Assembly: GCA_001600815.1 (NCBI GenBank)
Contig: BCKZ01000011.1
Coordinates: forward strand, 475,622-539,621
DNA length: 64,000 nucleotides
From: Alloascoidea hylecoeti
Lineage: Eukaryota
Reading direction: 5' to 3'
How positions within the stretch are numbered: the stretch's first letter is position 1; each line of letters opens with the position of its first letter. The position numbers were made by a program, and so were the translations under genes. Of the stretch, positions 28,675 through 42,150 are shown piece after piece. The notes beneath the pieces are model-generated. The model saw only the letters and a list, made by a program, of their open reading frames with translations, had not been told where the DNA came from and made no database searches.

Positions 28675-31600
28675 GTTTAGAGAAGTAATATATATGAAAC
28701 AATGAAAATATAGTTTTAAAAATGTGATCTTGAGTAGTTCAGTTATTAGGGTTGGAAGTGTTTCTTAAAAATAGAAAACAAAAAAATTGTCGCTTTAAGA
28801 TATAAAAGATGAAGAAAAGGTTTTAAGAATAAGATTTAAAAAATTAAAGATAGAAAAGGGTTGAGAGTGGGTATTTCTTGTGGGTTTTATATTTTCAATT
28901 GGTATACTATTTTGAGTGTTATTACTCTATATTTTATCCACTGATCTAGAACTTAATTATAATTAAGCTTCCTAGCCTTCCTATATGCAGACACGTATAT
29001 GCAACTATTATGCATATCTAAATATGCTATCAGGCTCTGTTTAAGGTTCCCACCCTACATTATGCATATGCACATATAATGTGATGCTCTTTCCATCCAT
29101 ATTCTAACATAAAACCAAGTAATATTGAAACTTGGGTACTAATTAGGAAGCCGTAGCTATAGATGAGATATTATTCACTTCTTTATTTGCTTCTATTTCA
29201 AAATATATATATAATAATTACCAGAGGACACTTTGAAATACAATTGACTTGAAATTAATTAATATTTAAAAAGAGGAAAAAGGATCCGGAGGCTAATGAG
29301 CAGATACGAGACTAACTTCTATTGAGGTTCCAGACATATTTAATGAATTATTATATGTCTAAGAAGTTTCTGATTCGATTTCTATGTTTTTGCGTTTTTT
29401 GTTTAAATAAATAAAGCTGTAATCAGAAAAAACTATAAGCCTTAGACCCCCCATAGCTAGTACCAATAAATAAAAACTATGTATATATATATTCAGTATA
29501 AATTACCATTTCGGTTCATTTGAAAGTAACATCGTATATATAGACATATATATCTTGCTATAGATTTTTTTCTTAACATATGATAAATATCTCTTTAACA
29601 AACCTTATATATGGAATATATGAATAGATAGAGATTCATTTTACATATGTTTACCCTTATTTTCAACTTTAACGATTACAAATTGCAGTAATTTTTAAAA
29701 TATATTATCAGCTGTCGACCATTTTATATATATGATGCAGTGGGGTAATAGCAGTATTATAGTACATCAAATATTGGAGAAATGTGATGATTTAATGTTT
29801 GATTTCTAAATCCATAGCCTAATGAGGTATTAACTACACCCGTTGAGGATTAAATATTTTATATACGTATATGATAATGTAATATCCACACGGATAATAA
29901 GGATTGAGTTTTTTTCATATTCATCTTATAATTATGGAAGTTTTAGAAGCTCTTTGTACTTACTTAGAAGTATGCAATAATCTGTAAGTCAAGGGATTAA
30001 GAGAATCGTATTATATTTGATTAATATTTAAAACAATGAGTTTGCTTCGTGGGAATCTCTCTTCCACTATCAAATATTCTACCTATATTTAATAATATTA
30101 ATATTGAAAATTATTTTCAATTTATACTTAATTATCTACAATTGTAATTTGCAAGCTTAGAAAGAAAAAAGTAGTTATAGACAACTATTTTCGATATTAA
30201 CAAGATGAAAATTCAGCAGTTGAGCATATGTAAATATATGTAGCATCACCACTACTACTCCTATAAATATTGCTAATTATATTATCATCATGGATTTGTG
30301 AGTTATGTTACTGAAATTTAAAGTGACATCACCTTTTTATATAAAAATAATTGAAGTTCGGTATCATTTTCATGTAGTTAAATTCAGTTCCAAAAGAGTT
30401 GATTATATCAGTTTAATATAGGGTTCCACACCCATATACCGGTATGTAAGCTTTTAAAGTATGCGGTATCATCATTTTGATATAGCTATAACTTATATAG
30501 TCAGCATAGAGAATTTATCATACTATAACCTTTTTTTAAACTCAATATAGGTTAACATAGAGTATATGCATTATTGATCATTGCAATTGCATTACATCAA
30601 CAATCGATCACAAGCATCATCCCTTTAATCCTAGATTTAAATTACCTAGATCATCTATTTATTAATTGCTGATAGCTTTTACTCATAACCGCAGGTTAGG
30701 TTCTCTCAGATATATGACAATTACAAGATTATCATCCCATCCACAAACGTTTAGTTTATCTAGGATTTTCTGTTCTTTTTTTAGAAACAATTCCAATTGA
30801 CTCAAAAAAAAATCTATATTGTAATTACTATGATAGACTGGCTGTTAGTCTAAATCCTTAATCAGTAGGTTCATTATAGATTATGTTTATATACGTATAT
30901 TACTAATTCAACACTTATACTATTATCAATTATGACTGAGTAATTAGTATGAAAACACGACCTCAAGAAACTTCTCGAAATTGCTAATTTGAAGATTATC
31001 ATCATTGTAATTCCCATAACTCTGTCTCTGCTATATCTGTAGAAAGATATATAAACGCTATACTATAAGCATACTCAAGTGTACTTTAACTCAATTATAA
31101 TGTTAATTAAAGAACGATCTAAGCCTATTATATAATATAGAATACTATAGCCAATATATAATTATATATATGTAAGTCGGCCTAAAATAGAAATAAATTG
31201 CTGAACAGAGTAATTTCAGTTGTGCAACTAAAATATTTATATCGGACTTTTTTATTCCTAAATAAAGTAAACAAAGAATAATTTGAGAACAAAAAAAAAG
31301 TTATAATGCCCAGTTGCAATCTGGAGACCATTAGATTACCTTTTATGGTATCGAAGATTGAAAACGGATGAATCATGAGATAAATTTTAATGGATCCTAA
31401 GAAGGTTACTAATTTAGCTTCTACATGTGTAAAATGGTAATATTGAGAAGCATATACGAATAATTATTAATGCAAGAATGAATCTAGATCTAGATCCATA
31501 GATATAGCTATAGTATATTATGTTAGTTCCATTTTCGGTTTGCACTCGAATTAAATTTTTTAATTTTGCGAATGTTTCTGTATACATATAAGCAGTGTGT

Positions 31601-33120
31601 AAGCACATGAGATCGAGATATGGTTCTATAACATTAAAAACAGTATTTTATAGAACAAGAAATCCTGATGTTATAACAGCCTTATATATTACTCTGCGAT
31701 ATAAGCTTAAGTAGATCAAAGTACTCGATTTTCTAGATATAACAAGTATAGGATAAAATCTAGCTAAAGCATGATTAATTGTAGTTGGGAATCATGAATT
31801 ATAAAATGCTCTTCAAATTTAATTAAGTGTACCCACGGGTATGCCAAACCTACATAGTCAATTACATAATCTATTGCTATAGCTATATGCATATTTTAGC
31901 TAGCTATGACCAACGGTTAAGATTTCCAAATTAATAACAGTATGGCTATAGCATTGATATCTGTTATATATGTTCAGCAGATTTATGTTACACATACGTG
32001 TATGTCATGTATTTATATTACACATGTCATACACTTCTACTTACTTTAGCATGACAATTAAATCAAATTCAAATTTGTATTAATAAGAGATTCATATTTA
32101 TTTCTATGAGCTACACATAACTACGCACATGTATTAATTGCACCCACACCTGTAATATTAAATAGTTGCAATTTCTCCACTTTTTCTTTTACCTGAAATT
32201 ATTATCTATACATTATCACCTCCTTTTACAAGCTGGTAATATAAATTCAGAAGCTTAAATATATAATTAAGCATAAATATTAGTATAAGGTTATAACTTA
32301 TAATGGTAAGCTCAAAAATGGTACAGGTATTTTATAATCTTAGTCACCATATAGGCCTATGTAAGTTAATCCGGGCTCACATTTAGGCGTATTATAATTG
32401 TAAGATAAGAATATTACAAATACCTAAGGTTTATCTTTCTTTTGCATATTATATTAAATTTATTATATAAAATAATCCTCATTATAAGGCTTGTACGTGT
32501 AATTGTAACTGTAGCTGCAATTATAATGGGTAAATTTCGACAACTGTTTAGAGATATGATTTGGTTCAAACTAGATATCAAATGTTGAATCAATTTTAAC
32601 TAACTATATCCCATACATCTATATAGAACTAGTTATTGGTACACAATATATAGTATCAGGTAAAATGTGGTAGTGTTGTTATGCGTAAATGTGCCTTTCT
32701 TCCCCCTTCATCAAAGGAATCAAAATTTATATTTCTTAATGATGTAATTCGACAGTATAATCATCTGATTCCAGATTTGTTTACAACGCTTGGGTATATG
32801 ATAAATTTAAAGATCATGATCAATTAAGTGTTTGGTTCAATTGAAATAATCTGTCTTCATATCGTCACTGTTCACAGGCGATATGATCATGTGTAGGACA
32901 AATATTAATTCCTACAGTGTAATTAATAATGAGTGAATTTAAAAATAATATATCATTTATCCCTATATTTATAGTTTACCTTATACAACCCCTAAATTAA
33001 AATGAAATCATTTCCGAGAATAATTAAAAAAAATTACGATTCATCAATTGTATTAAGTTCACACCATAATTGTCATGGTCTTAATAGAAATAGGATCTGC
33101 TGAGGTTCTGAATATTTTGG

Positions 33121-33342
33121 GGACTAATTATTCGGACATGTGATACACTAATAATTGGATCACTTGATCACTAAATAATCAGGCATGCGATGAAATAATA
33201 TTTGGACATTCGGTTCTTCGATCCTCGGGGTTTCTTATCGGATTTCTAAGTAAACACCTTTATATACAGCAGGTCATTTATTTACTACGTACGGGTAAAT
33301 GTATCTGAATATTATTTCATCGCATGTCCGAATAATTAATCC
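33121..33342. mobile_element. MITE-like inverted-repeat element
   Basis: 33184-33202 (CATGCGATGAAATAATATT) is the perfect reverse complement of 33308-33326. 33121-33140 pairs with 33323-33342 with one mismatch. No clear TSD. Confidence 0.5.
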
Positions 33343-33632
33343 ACCGATCGCGAGTGTCAGATATTAAGTAAAAAGACTGCTACTTCTAACTGCAGATTTG
33401 ATATAACCGGTACCGTTAATTATAACGTTATAATTATGTTTCTTTCCAACTTTACAATATGGCACCTCATATAAAGCTTTAGTATCTGCTTTTGAAAGTT
33501 GTGAAATTTCAAGCTACATATATTTAAATAGCCATAGATAATGTTCATTGATCTATATTTAATATAAGGGTGAATCTACCTAGTACACTTTTGGTTGGGG
33601 ACAACTCCCTTTCATGAATTATGGAGACTTAT

Positions 33633-33715
33633 TGTTGGAAATATATACTCTTGATCAGTCAACAAGAAGTCATATGGCTTTTTGGCGCAACGATACAATT
33701 AGTTTGAACTTAACG
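33633..33715 (+). mobile_element. Diverged solo copy of the ~90-bp mini-LTR at 44772-44862
   Basis: Starts TGTTGGA, shares the exact 17-mer TGGCTTTTTGGCGCAAC (33675-33691) and TTTGAACTT near the end, and ends TAACG instead of TAACA. TSD not preserved. Confidence 0.7.
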
Positions 33716-33824
33716 TATATATATCACGTGATATAGAACATCTATACACCCAATAATTATCAAATTTTATAACTAAAATCAAAAAATATTTTTTACTTGA
33801 CTTTTCTGTTTTTGATAATTTAAG

Positions 33825-34460
33825 ATGGCTACGAAATTTGATGCTGAAAATGCTGAGAATCTAGATGATGTAAGTTATATTATAAAAAATAATATGCGAA
33901 AGATTCAAATTGGAGATGGTTAATATGGGAAGAAGACAGATTAAAGAGACATAATTATCTCTAACATTTATATGTTTAAAATATAGATTGAAAAACAATT
34001 TGCTGTTAAAGCTGTTATGCAAGCTGGTATGTGATGATTATACATATATATATATATATATATATATGTATTTATATATATGTACTAATGCTATATTATA
34101 GAAACGTACTGGAATTTGTTAAAGCGAGTACCAGCAGATAAATTAAAGCTTACAAAACATGATGATGAAATATACGAAGCTTTATTAGAAAGTTTCCCTG
34201 AATATAAGGACAAAGAAAAAGTCAAAAAGATCAACGAAGAAGAAATGAAATCAGCAAAGGGGAAAGAAGCTTGGAGGAAATTTATGACTAAATTCGAGAA
34301 GACGATCAAAGATTATAATTTTGGAACCTTGCTACGACTCGATAGTGACGGAGAATATGATCAACATGGAACCATGTTTGCACTTAGACTACAATTTTAT
34401 GCTATTGAAATCGCTAGAAATAAACTAGGGCTTAATAATTGGATTAGCGCAGGAAAATAA
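33825..34460 (+). CDS. PBDC1/YPL225W-like protein; exons 33825-33869, 33987-34026, 34102-34460
   Basis: Spliced product MATKFDAENAENLDD-IEKQFAVKAVMQA-ETYWNLLKRV...DYNFGTLLR...RLQFYAIEIARNKLGLN. Introns GTAAGT...CTAAC...TAG and GTATGT...TACTAAT...TAG keep the frame. Confidence 0.92.
34044..34067. repeat. (AT)12 microsatellite in intron 2
   Basis: Direct reading of the sequence. Confidence 0.9.
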
Positions 34461-34989
34461 TGGTTATAATAATAAGATTAAGTATATTATTGTCTAATGG
34501 TTTGTATAAATAACCATTATACAATTAACATATATTATGTTATGCTACACATTTTAATATAGGTATAGATGTGTCTTACATCTTTCATTTTGCTTATAAT
34601 AGTCATTATAAGTTATAATCAAGTAATAAATTTAGATGAAGTAGAATTAATTATATTTAGATACACATCAGTTAGATACCATGAAATCAAACAATAAGAG
34701 TGTAATTATTTATATTTTAACCCAGCTGATAATATAATATAGGATATACATTTGTATATTTTGGCCATTTACTAGTTTATGGCTATCTAATATCAATCAA
34801 CTATAACATCTCTAAGACCGTTTTTGTAGAAGTGACAATAATGCTTTTAGATATAATCTCATTTTCCTTCTTGTTTTTCCTGAGAATAATAATAATATTT
34901 CAAGTTATTGTTGTATTAGTTCCGAAAAACAACCGGCTTTTTAAATTCAATCACAAACTTGATTATTGTCTTGATTTAATGATCTTAAG

Positions 34990-35740
34990 GATTTTTCAAT
35001 AACAATGGAAGCACCTTGGCCAATTGGTATCATTCATCACTCTAGTATCATCTTCAATAATTTCCATAATAGATGATTTAACTCTGGTTCCATCCCGGAA
35101 ACTCATTGTGGAAACAATTAACTCTCTCACGGTATAAACCCAATTAGCACTAGCAACAAAAGCGGTTGGGCTATGCAATCTTTGATGCCAGACATTTGCA
35201 ACAAGAATACTAAATCGTGTTTTTTTTCTAATAATATTGTCAGAAACAAGATTTTACAAATTGATGCAATATTCCAGGTGCAATCCAAGCAGCACAGCTT
35301 TAATATCAACAGATGCTTCTGGCCTTGAAACTGTAGTTACTGCTCTATAAGAATGTGATTGAAAAAGTCGACTGAGTGTGTCTATCACACCAGCTGGCAT
35401 TAAAGGTTCAATAATTATGATAAAAAGACTATGCCCAATACCATGTTGGTTAAAGATATTCCACCCTTAAAGTACGAACTTGGGTTTCGAAGTAATCTTC
35501 ACTATAGAAAATTTTTAAAATATCTGAATAAGTCAGATACTTCACCTTGTGAATGGAATACCCTCCACCAACACCTACTATGAACAATAAGTATCATGAT
35601 GTCGAAAAATGCCCTGTCCTTGTTATCCATAAATTCCCTTATTACCGACTCTTTCTTTAGATAACGAAGTTGCTGAGTTTGTATGTGAAAGAAAATGCCT
35701 CAATAGTGAGCTTCGATAACTTTGAGGACACAATTCACTT
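34990..35740 (-). pseudogene. Decayed hAT-like transposase
   Basis: Minus-strand fragments in the expected order: BED-finger-like LCPQSYRSSLLRHFLSH (~35735-35683), then RFSILVANVW...AFVASANWV (compare FSLTTDxW...FLxITAHWI), then RCFHC (CxxH-like). Stops and deletions throughout. Confidence 0.45.
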
Positions 35741-38700
35741 TAATTCGAATGAAAAGCAGGCTGTGGCTGCGTACGGCAGTGCCTACTACATAGTATGTGC
35801 AATCCTCCCTTTTTTGGTGGTGATACCCGAAGTTGAAGGTGTATAATATGTTAATTAAAATACACAATAATCTTTAAACATAATGGATGCCAACGACCGA
35901 TGCCGAGTCCGACATTTGGAATTTAGAATTTAGGCGCTATTTTTCAGAGATTTAAAAGATTATGAAAAGAAAGTATAATAACGATTGTAAGCGGTAGCTA
36001 TTGATATTTTAAACTCTCTTACCTCCTAAAATATCAAGTATATATATATTTTTATGTTGTATCAATACTTGCATTTATTGGAATTTCTAGTAAAAATAGA
36101 AGATCTCACAAATCAATATCAAGTCATTAATATAGCTGTTAGTGATCATATTCCTATACTAATAATAATTCATCCCTTTGTAAATACCTGACCATAAAGC
36201 TACCTAACAACAATTATCGCTACTAATAATCATAAAATGTTAATATATATTGATAGCACTGATGTTGATGCAGATTCTCCCAAGTTCCTTTTTGACGTCT
36301 GGCATATAAATTCTGTGATTCTGTTGAATAACTGTCCCCAACAGAATTTTTGGTAGTTAATTTAGCCAAATTTGATTCACACAGTTACCGGTCGTGATTT
36401 GAAATATAATTATTTCTATAGCTATATCAAAATATATAATACTACGGTATTCAAATAGTGAAATAAGTGATTATAAATTAATTGAATTACAATATGAATA
36501 TTGAGTGGATGGGAAATAACATAATTATAGTGAGGTATCTAAAATTAGTAGGTATTGCTTTTTTATGTACCTGTACATATACCGAATATCATGAAGTTAT
36601 ATATTCCAATTGACTTATCTACAGTATATATGCGGATGTATATTTCTCCTATAAGATGGTATAAATATGCAAGAAAAATACGAATCAATTTAATTTAAAG
36701 CTTAATTTATGCAGACTTAGTATAATATATATTGAAGTTAATAATGATAATAAATATGTTGCATATTTAAAAAATGGTACCCAGGAATGGCTTCGGATTA
36801 CATGTATAGAAATAAGCTGTAATTCGGGGCCTTAAATAAGCTGATCATTAGTTCCAGTAAGATTAGATTTTAAGACTGGTTTTTGGGGGATAATTATAAG
36901 GTAATATTATATCAGAATTATCCGAGCCTTTCTAATTTTTAGTAATTCAACAACGATGGTAAAGCCTTCCATCGTCAATGTCTGATAAAACTATTGTTAT
37001 TCATATATGATTTCGATTCACATTGGAATTTTCTGAAGCCAGTTATCTATCTATAAACAATTATCAGTCATAAATATAATTGGGATTTAAAATAAGTAGA
37101 GAGAGAGCTGGTATAATGATTGTAAGCTAAAGTATCAATTTAACTTTGTTTTATAATTACAGCCGCATAGGCTCGGCACAAGAATTTAAACTTAATTACA
37201 AAAAATGTTGCAATTATATGGCATCCACATGCATGATCAATATAAGCATTGACACTGTTTGACAGTGATAATTTGTACGAACTACAACTATAGTTCCAAT
37301 TCCAAGTGTATTCTTATTAATTGTTGATAATTTCCCTCTTAAATTTAATACAGATTTTTTAATTGCAATTTCAATTGTTCCCCGAGGTTTATTCTCAGTG
37401 AAGCAGATAGTGTTTTCAGGAATATTCACGCTATTAATCAGTTTTGTAGATTTTTAGATCTGGAAAAGATTTCTTAAACCAATAATACAAAAGAAATATA
37501 CGTATAGACTAATTGTATATATACTTCTACAAGGCTTATAATATATCTAGAGTCGTACTAAAGTAGTAGAGAATTAAAATATAGTATTATTTTGGGTTAA
37601 TATAATGAACCTTCCTTTTCTTTATAAACCCTTTCTCTAGGGTCACATCACTTTTATTTATAAACTCATGTTCGAATATTCGACTTCCCTAGTACACGCG
37701 TAATAATATTTGTTTTTGCTGTCTGTCGTATTTTAAGGCCAAAAAGCCTTTTCAATTAATTTCTTCTAATAACTACAGATGTGCTTATTCAAAATATCAG
37801 TTCAAAAAACAAGGGACGGTTATCATTGGTGAATTTCAAATATATAACGGATATAATGCTTTTAGAATTCTGCTATATGGGCCCACATGTCATATATATA
37901 TGATCCTAAATTCACATCCACTTAAATAATTACATGTAATCAGTATTAAAAAAATATATCCAGTCACCCATTAGTGATATCTTGCATTATTGCCTATGCT
38001 TTAATGCTTTAATTACAAGTTGGACCAAATTAAACTACACCAAAAGAACTATGTATAGTTATTTAATATTTATATTATATGCAAAAATGAAGAACTACCA
38101 TAAAATTATATATATAAATTTAACATTATTAGCTAGTGGTAGCTTTCTAGCTTAAAGTACCTGTAACTTCATTTTCATTTATTAGGGAATGGGTTCCTTT
38201 TTAAGCTTCTTGTAGATTAATACCATTATAATTAAGCCTCCTTTTTTGCAAGTTTTTTACAATTCACATTTGAGATCCAATTCGATTATGGAAATAAACA
38301 CAACCTAGTAAGAACTTTAGAGATAATTCGTAAATAGAGGAGACGAAAGTTAACCATTCTTAAAGCTAATTGTAACATGAGAATATTGAATATTTATAAG
38401 CCTTATAGATGTATTAAAATGATTTCTATGATAAGTTTGATAACGTTCCAATTGAATTACATTTGTAAAATGTTTCGTATATAATATGCAGGTATCAGTA
38501 GTTAGGGTGCAACGTTGTTTGACTCAGAACGTGTAAAACTCTTGATGATATACATTATATCTTCGACTGTTTGAGAGTATCTAATCGAAACATTAATCAT
38601 TTTTGAGCTTTCAAAATATAAATGGCCGGGCGCAATACAAGAAGAAGTGATATATTGTCCGTTTAGTCGGATCATAGGTCCGATACTGGGTTTCGCGTCT

Positions 38701-38949
38701 CGCAAAACTAATTTCAAAATCACTGGCACAATAGAGTACACCTAACCAACTAGCAAATAGCCAAAGTTATTTTCTCTTGATCCCAGGGGCCTAATCAGAG
38801 ACTTACAGAAAAGGAAAAGTGCAACGAAACACATGGAATATGAGGTTGTTACGGAGAGGGTTTGGGAAACATTAATTCAGTTACAGTGGTGTAGCAAAGA
38901 AATATTACGACGAGTAGCAATACCTTTTAAATTTGTTCAAGCTTTTAAA

Positions 38950-39075
38950 GGTGGCATTTTCCAAAAGTACAATTTTCCAATCCATAAATCCAAACACTAG
39001 AAGGAAAATTAGATGGAGCTAGTCTGTGTTAGCCTGCGAGCTTTCCAGATCTAACTCCCACTGAAAAACGTGTGG
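38950..39075 (+). pseudogene. Tc1-like transposase remnant (DD34E region)
   Basis: GIFQKYNFPIHKSK (compare IFQQDNAPIHTSK), then *PASFPDLTPTE and, after a frameshift, NVW (compare WPAQSPDLNPIENVW). Confidence 0.65.
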
Positions 39076-39986
39076 ATCGAAAATACAAGCACCCAGAGTG
39101 ATATCGCTATTTGGCTAACTCATCTCATACATGCCAAAGTGCCCAAAACAAGTTATCGCAGTAAAAGTAAGCCAGGTCATATTGACTACTAGAATTGTTT
39201 TACAGTGCTACGTACGTAGATAGGTTAGGGAACTATTTGTTTCGGTAATATATCCTTGAGAATTGATCCTTTAATCAAGACTGTATCTTTATAGATTATA
39301 TGTTATGAGTGAAATAATGTAACACTCAACTACCGATGGCCTACTGTATGTTCTCCGAAACATCATGATCACATATAATATTGTAATTAACGGTAACAGC
39401 ACTAAGCCTAGCTTCATATATCCTCTCAGATAACCGTAGTTTGAGACAATATCTTGCTCCATTGTCCATTGTAGACGCCGGATACATGCTTTTATTTTCT
39501 CTGTCAAAGTTACGTGTAAAATATAGCTGCAGTTTATTTAAGATCGGATCAAACTCCCTTAAGCGATTAATCGTTCGTACCATCATCAATTGAAATTTTT
39601 TTAATGCCATACAATGCCATACATACATGATACATGTATACCCATCAATGTTAGTTAGGTAGTAATATTAATTCTTTAAACCAAGAGCCATATTTTATTC
39701 AAAGATGATGTTATTTTAATATAAATAAATAGATTTAAATACACTCATACGCGTATTAATATATATCATGATTATGATTACCTATAGAGCTATATATCCG
39801 ATTTAACAATCATTGTTGACTATAAATTCAAGCTTGATTTCATAATTTCTTCTATATCTTTCAATTGTTTTTCAGTATTCAGTCTTATAAATCAATTATT
39901 GGAGCTGACTACACCGAACTAAACGTATCAAATACAAAACAAGTCATTGAATTTCTCTCTAATTGAACTTTACCTTTATCGCTAAA

Positions 39987-40067
39987 ATGTCAAAGTGTTC
40001 TTGTGCTAGCCCAAAGGCATGTACCTGTGCTGCTGGTTGCAGTTGTTCATGCTGTTCACACAAATAA
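39987..40067 (+). CDS. Metallothionein, 26 aa (Neurospora Cu-MT type)
   Basis: MSKCSCASPKACTCAAGCSCSCCSHK*: 8 Cys in a CxC-x5-CxC-x3-CxC-x2-C spacing, no aromatic residues, AAAATG start context, upstream TATAAA motifs. Confidence 0.88.
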   Translation: MSKCSCASPKACTCAAGCSCSCCSHK

Positions 40068-41039
40068 ATTATGGTTATGAAAATTGAACAACCTAAAATG
40101 ATCTGAAGGAATTTTTAAATGCCAATAAAAAGTATCATTAATATAGTTGTTCGGTTGAAAATTTTTGTTGTCTTTCTATATATAGCTACGTTCATTGTTT
40201 TAATATAGCTACAGTTACTTTCTTTTCTTGATTTATGGGTATAATATTTGACCGATATAAATTAATCAGTAAATTATATCTGAATGGATAATATACTCTT
40301 TTTATTATCTTTATGCATATAAGCAAAAATTGCTTCTAATTGTAGTTCGTTAAGCTATTATTATAGTCCATAGTCCAATTACATGTAACAATAGCTATAG
40401 CGATCACACTAATATGATCAGTATACGTAATTGTAAAAAATGTAATTATAAAGTTTTCTGAAGCTGTCTTCAGCTTTATAGAATGTGGCATATGGCTTAT
40501 TTATAGGGTATACCCGCTTTTCAGCATATGAATAAGCATTTCAATTAATTGTTATTCCAACCAAATATGTACTGTAAGAAATATATTCCCCAATAGCTAC
40601 AAATTCCAAAAGGTACCTTGAGTTTAAAAATTTTATAATTATAATATGTATCATATATTATCCATTTATTATATAATTTTATGATAACACATAAATAGTA
40701 AATATTGAAAGGTATAATGCATACTTATCATTCAATTTTACTTCATATATAAAACCAATCGCCAGATTTCAGAAAAAATAAACAGGCCCCATACAGAAGC
40801 GTGTATATTCTTCACGCAATTAAAAAGTTTAAACCTCTCTATTATGAAGGCCTAAACAAGGGAAAACCCCTCGATCAATACATCTTGGTCCACAAGGCAC
40901 TTGGGACGTTTGGCGCTTGTTGGCCATGATTTGCCGTTGGAAAATGGCGCGAAACAATATCGGTTCAAAACAGTGTCCAGATAAAATCCCGATGAGCTTC
41001 TTATCTCATATTCACAAAATTGGTGAGATATCTATCATG

Positions 41040-41110
41040 TCATGGTTTCAAGAGAAATGAGTTAAAGTGATGGAATGTTAATCCGGATCTGAACCCAATT
41101 GAAGTGTGAA
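41040..41110 (+). pseudogene. Second Tc1-like transposase remnant
   Basis: SWFQEK*VKVME, then after a frameshift PDLNPIEV* (compare WFxxxGVKVLEWPxxSPDLNPIENVW). Confidence 0.65.
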
Positions 41111-41179
41111 AATAATCATGAATAAAACGAACCAGCCCTTATAATACGGAGAAGCAAAAAAAAAAAGCTGATGAATCAA

Positions 41180-42150
41180 CTTATAAAATATATAATTAAT
41201 ATTTTTTTTCTGTATAAAATATTCGCTACTAGAGACATATATAATATTACACATGCTATACCATCTGATGAGTTACGCGTACCCAGGTTTAACAAATATT
41301 CCTCTTCTTCATGAGTAAAATGTGGTCTCCAAACAGTTTCCATGCAACTGGTGAATACTACCGTATGAGGAAATATATCAGCATACATATGCATGCACTC
41401 ATCTAGGTGTTGAAAAGTTTTAGATTTTCCCCCAAACTTGTTCATTTTGAGCGTCCCACACCATATCTAAAATTTCCTTCGGTTCTGTTAAATTAAAGTA
41501 ATTCCCCTAGCGACTTCCTATCTTAAATTTAAAATGTAAATGAGTATTAGTGCTTAAGGGAATCACAAAGTTTATTGATTTTTTGACTATCATGATCATC
41601 CGGATTAAGTTTTCAATCAAAATGTCCAATGTTTTTTTCCGGCATCTTTCCACTCTTTTTTCTATAAGAGCTTATATGTAGGTAACAATTCATTTGAGTT
41701 CAAATTGAAACCAAACATACGATATATATCTTTAAAAAATCAAATGTTTCTAAAATTTCAGTTCCAATTTGATCACAAATATCATTTTGAAAATTTCTTA
41801 CCGATTTCAAACCAGAGAATTCACTGGAAAACTCATTACGATGTATGAGACACCAAAATCGACAGCTCGTTAAGGTGAATCAGAAAACCTTCTTCCTTCA
41901 ATTTGAAAAGTAAAGAATCATTGCGACAATTCATTGGTTTTAAGAGAAACAAACTTTTCTGTATAATTTCTTAAAATGACCGAAGTCCTCCCAGAGCTTT
42001 GTTCCATTTACCCTACATATTTGGAGTGATGCCTTTATAATATCTTCTTGCTCTATACTCTCATTATAAGAAAATCGACGAGGTCATTATAAATTCTTGT
42101 TTTATGCGACAATCAGAAGGGAAATCCAGGACTAAACTTAAGGAAATAGA
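41180..42150 (-). pseudogene. Decayed coding sequence of unidentified origin (probably a transposon)
   Basis: Coding-like composition with several stop-broken protein-like stretches on the minus strand. No family could be assigned with confidence. Confidence 0.3.

Noticed and set aside
33720..33820. Point centromere (CDEI-like ATCACGTG plus AT-rich tract)
   Set aside because: No CDEIII CCG motif follows, and the tract runs straight into a gene. More likely a promoter site.
39289..39628. 95-aa and 72-aa minus-strand ORFs
   Set aside because: No recognisable motif; cannot be supported as genes.
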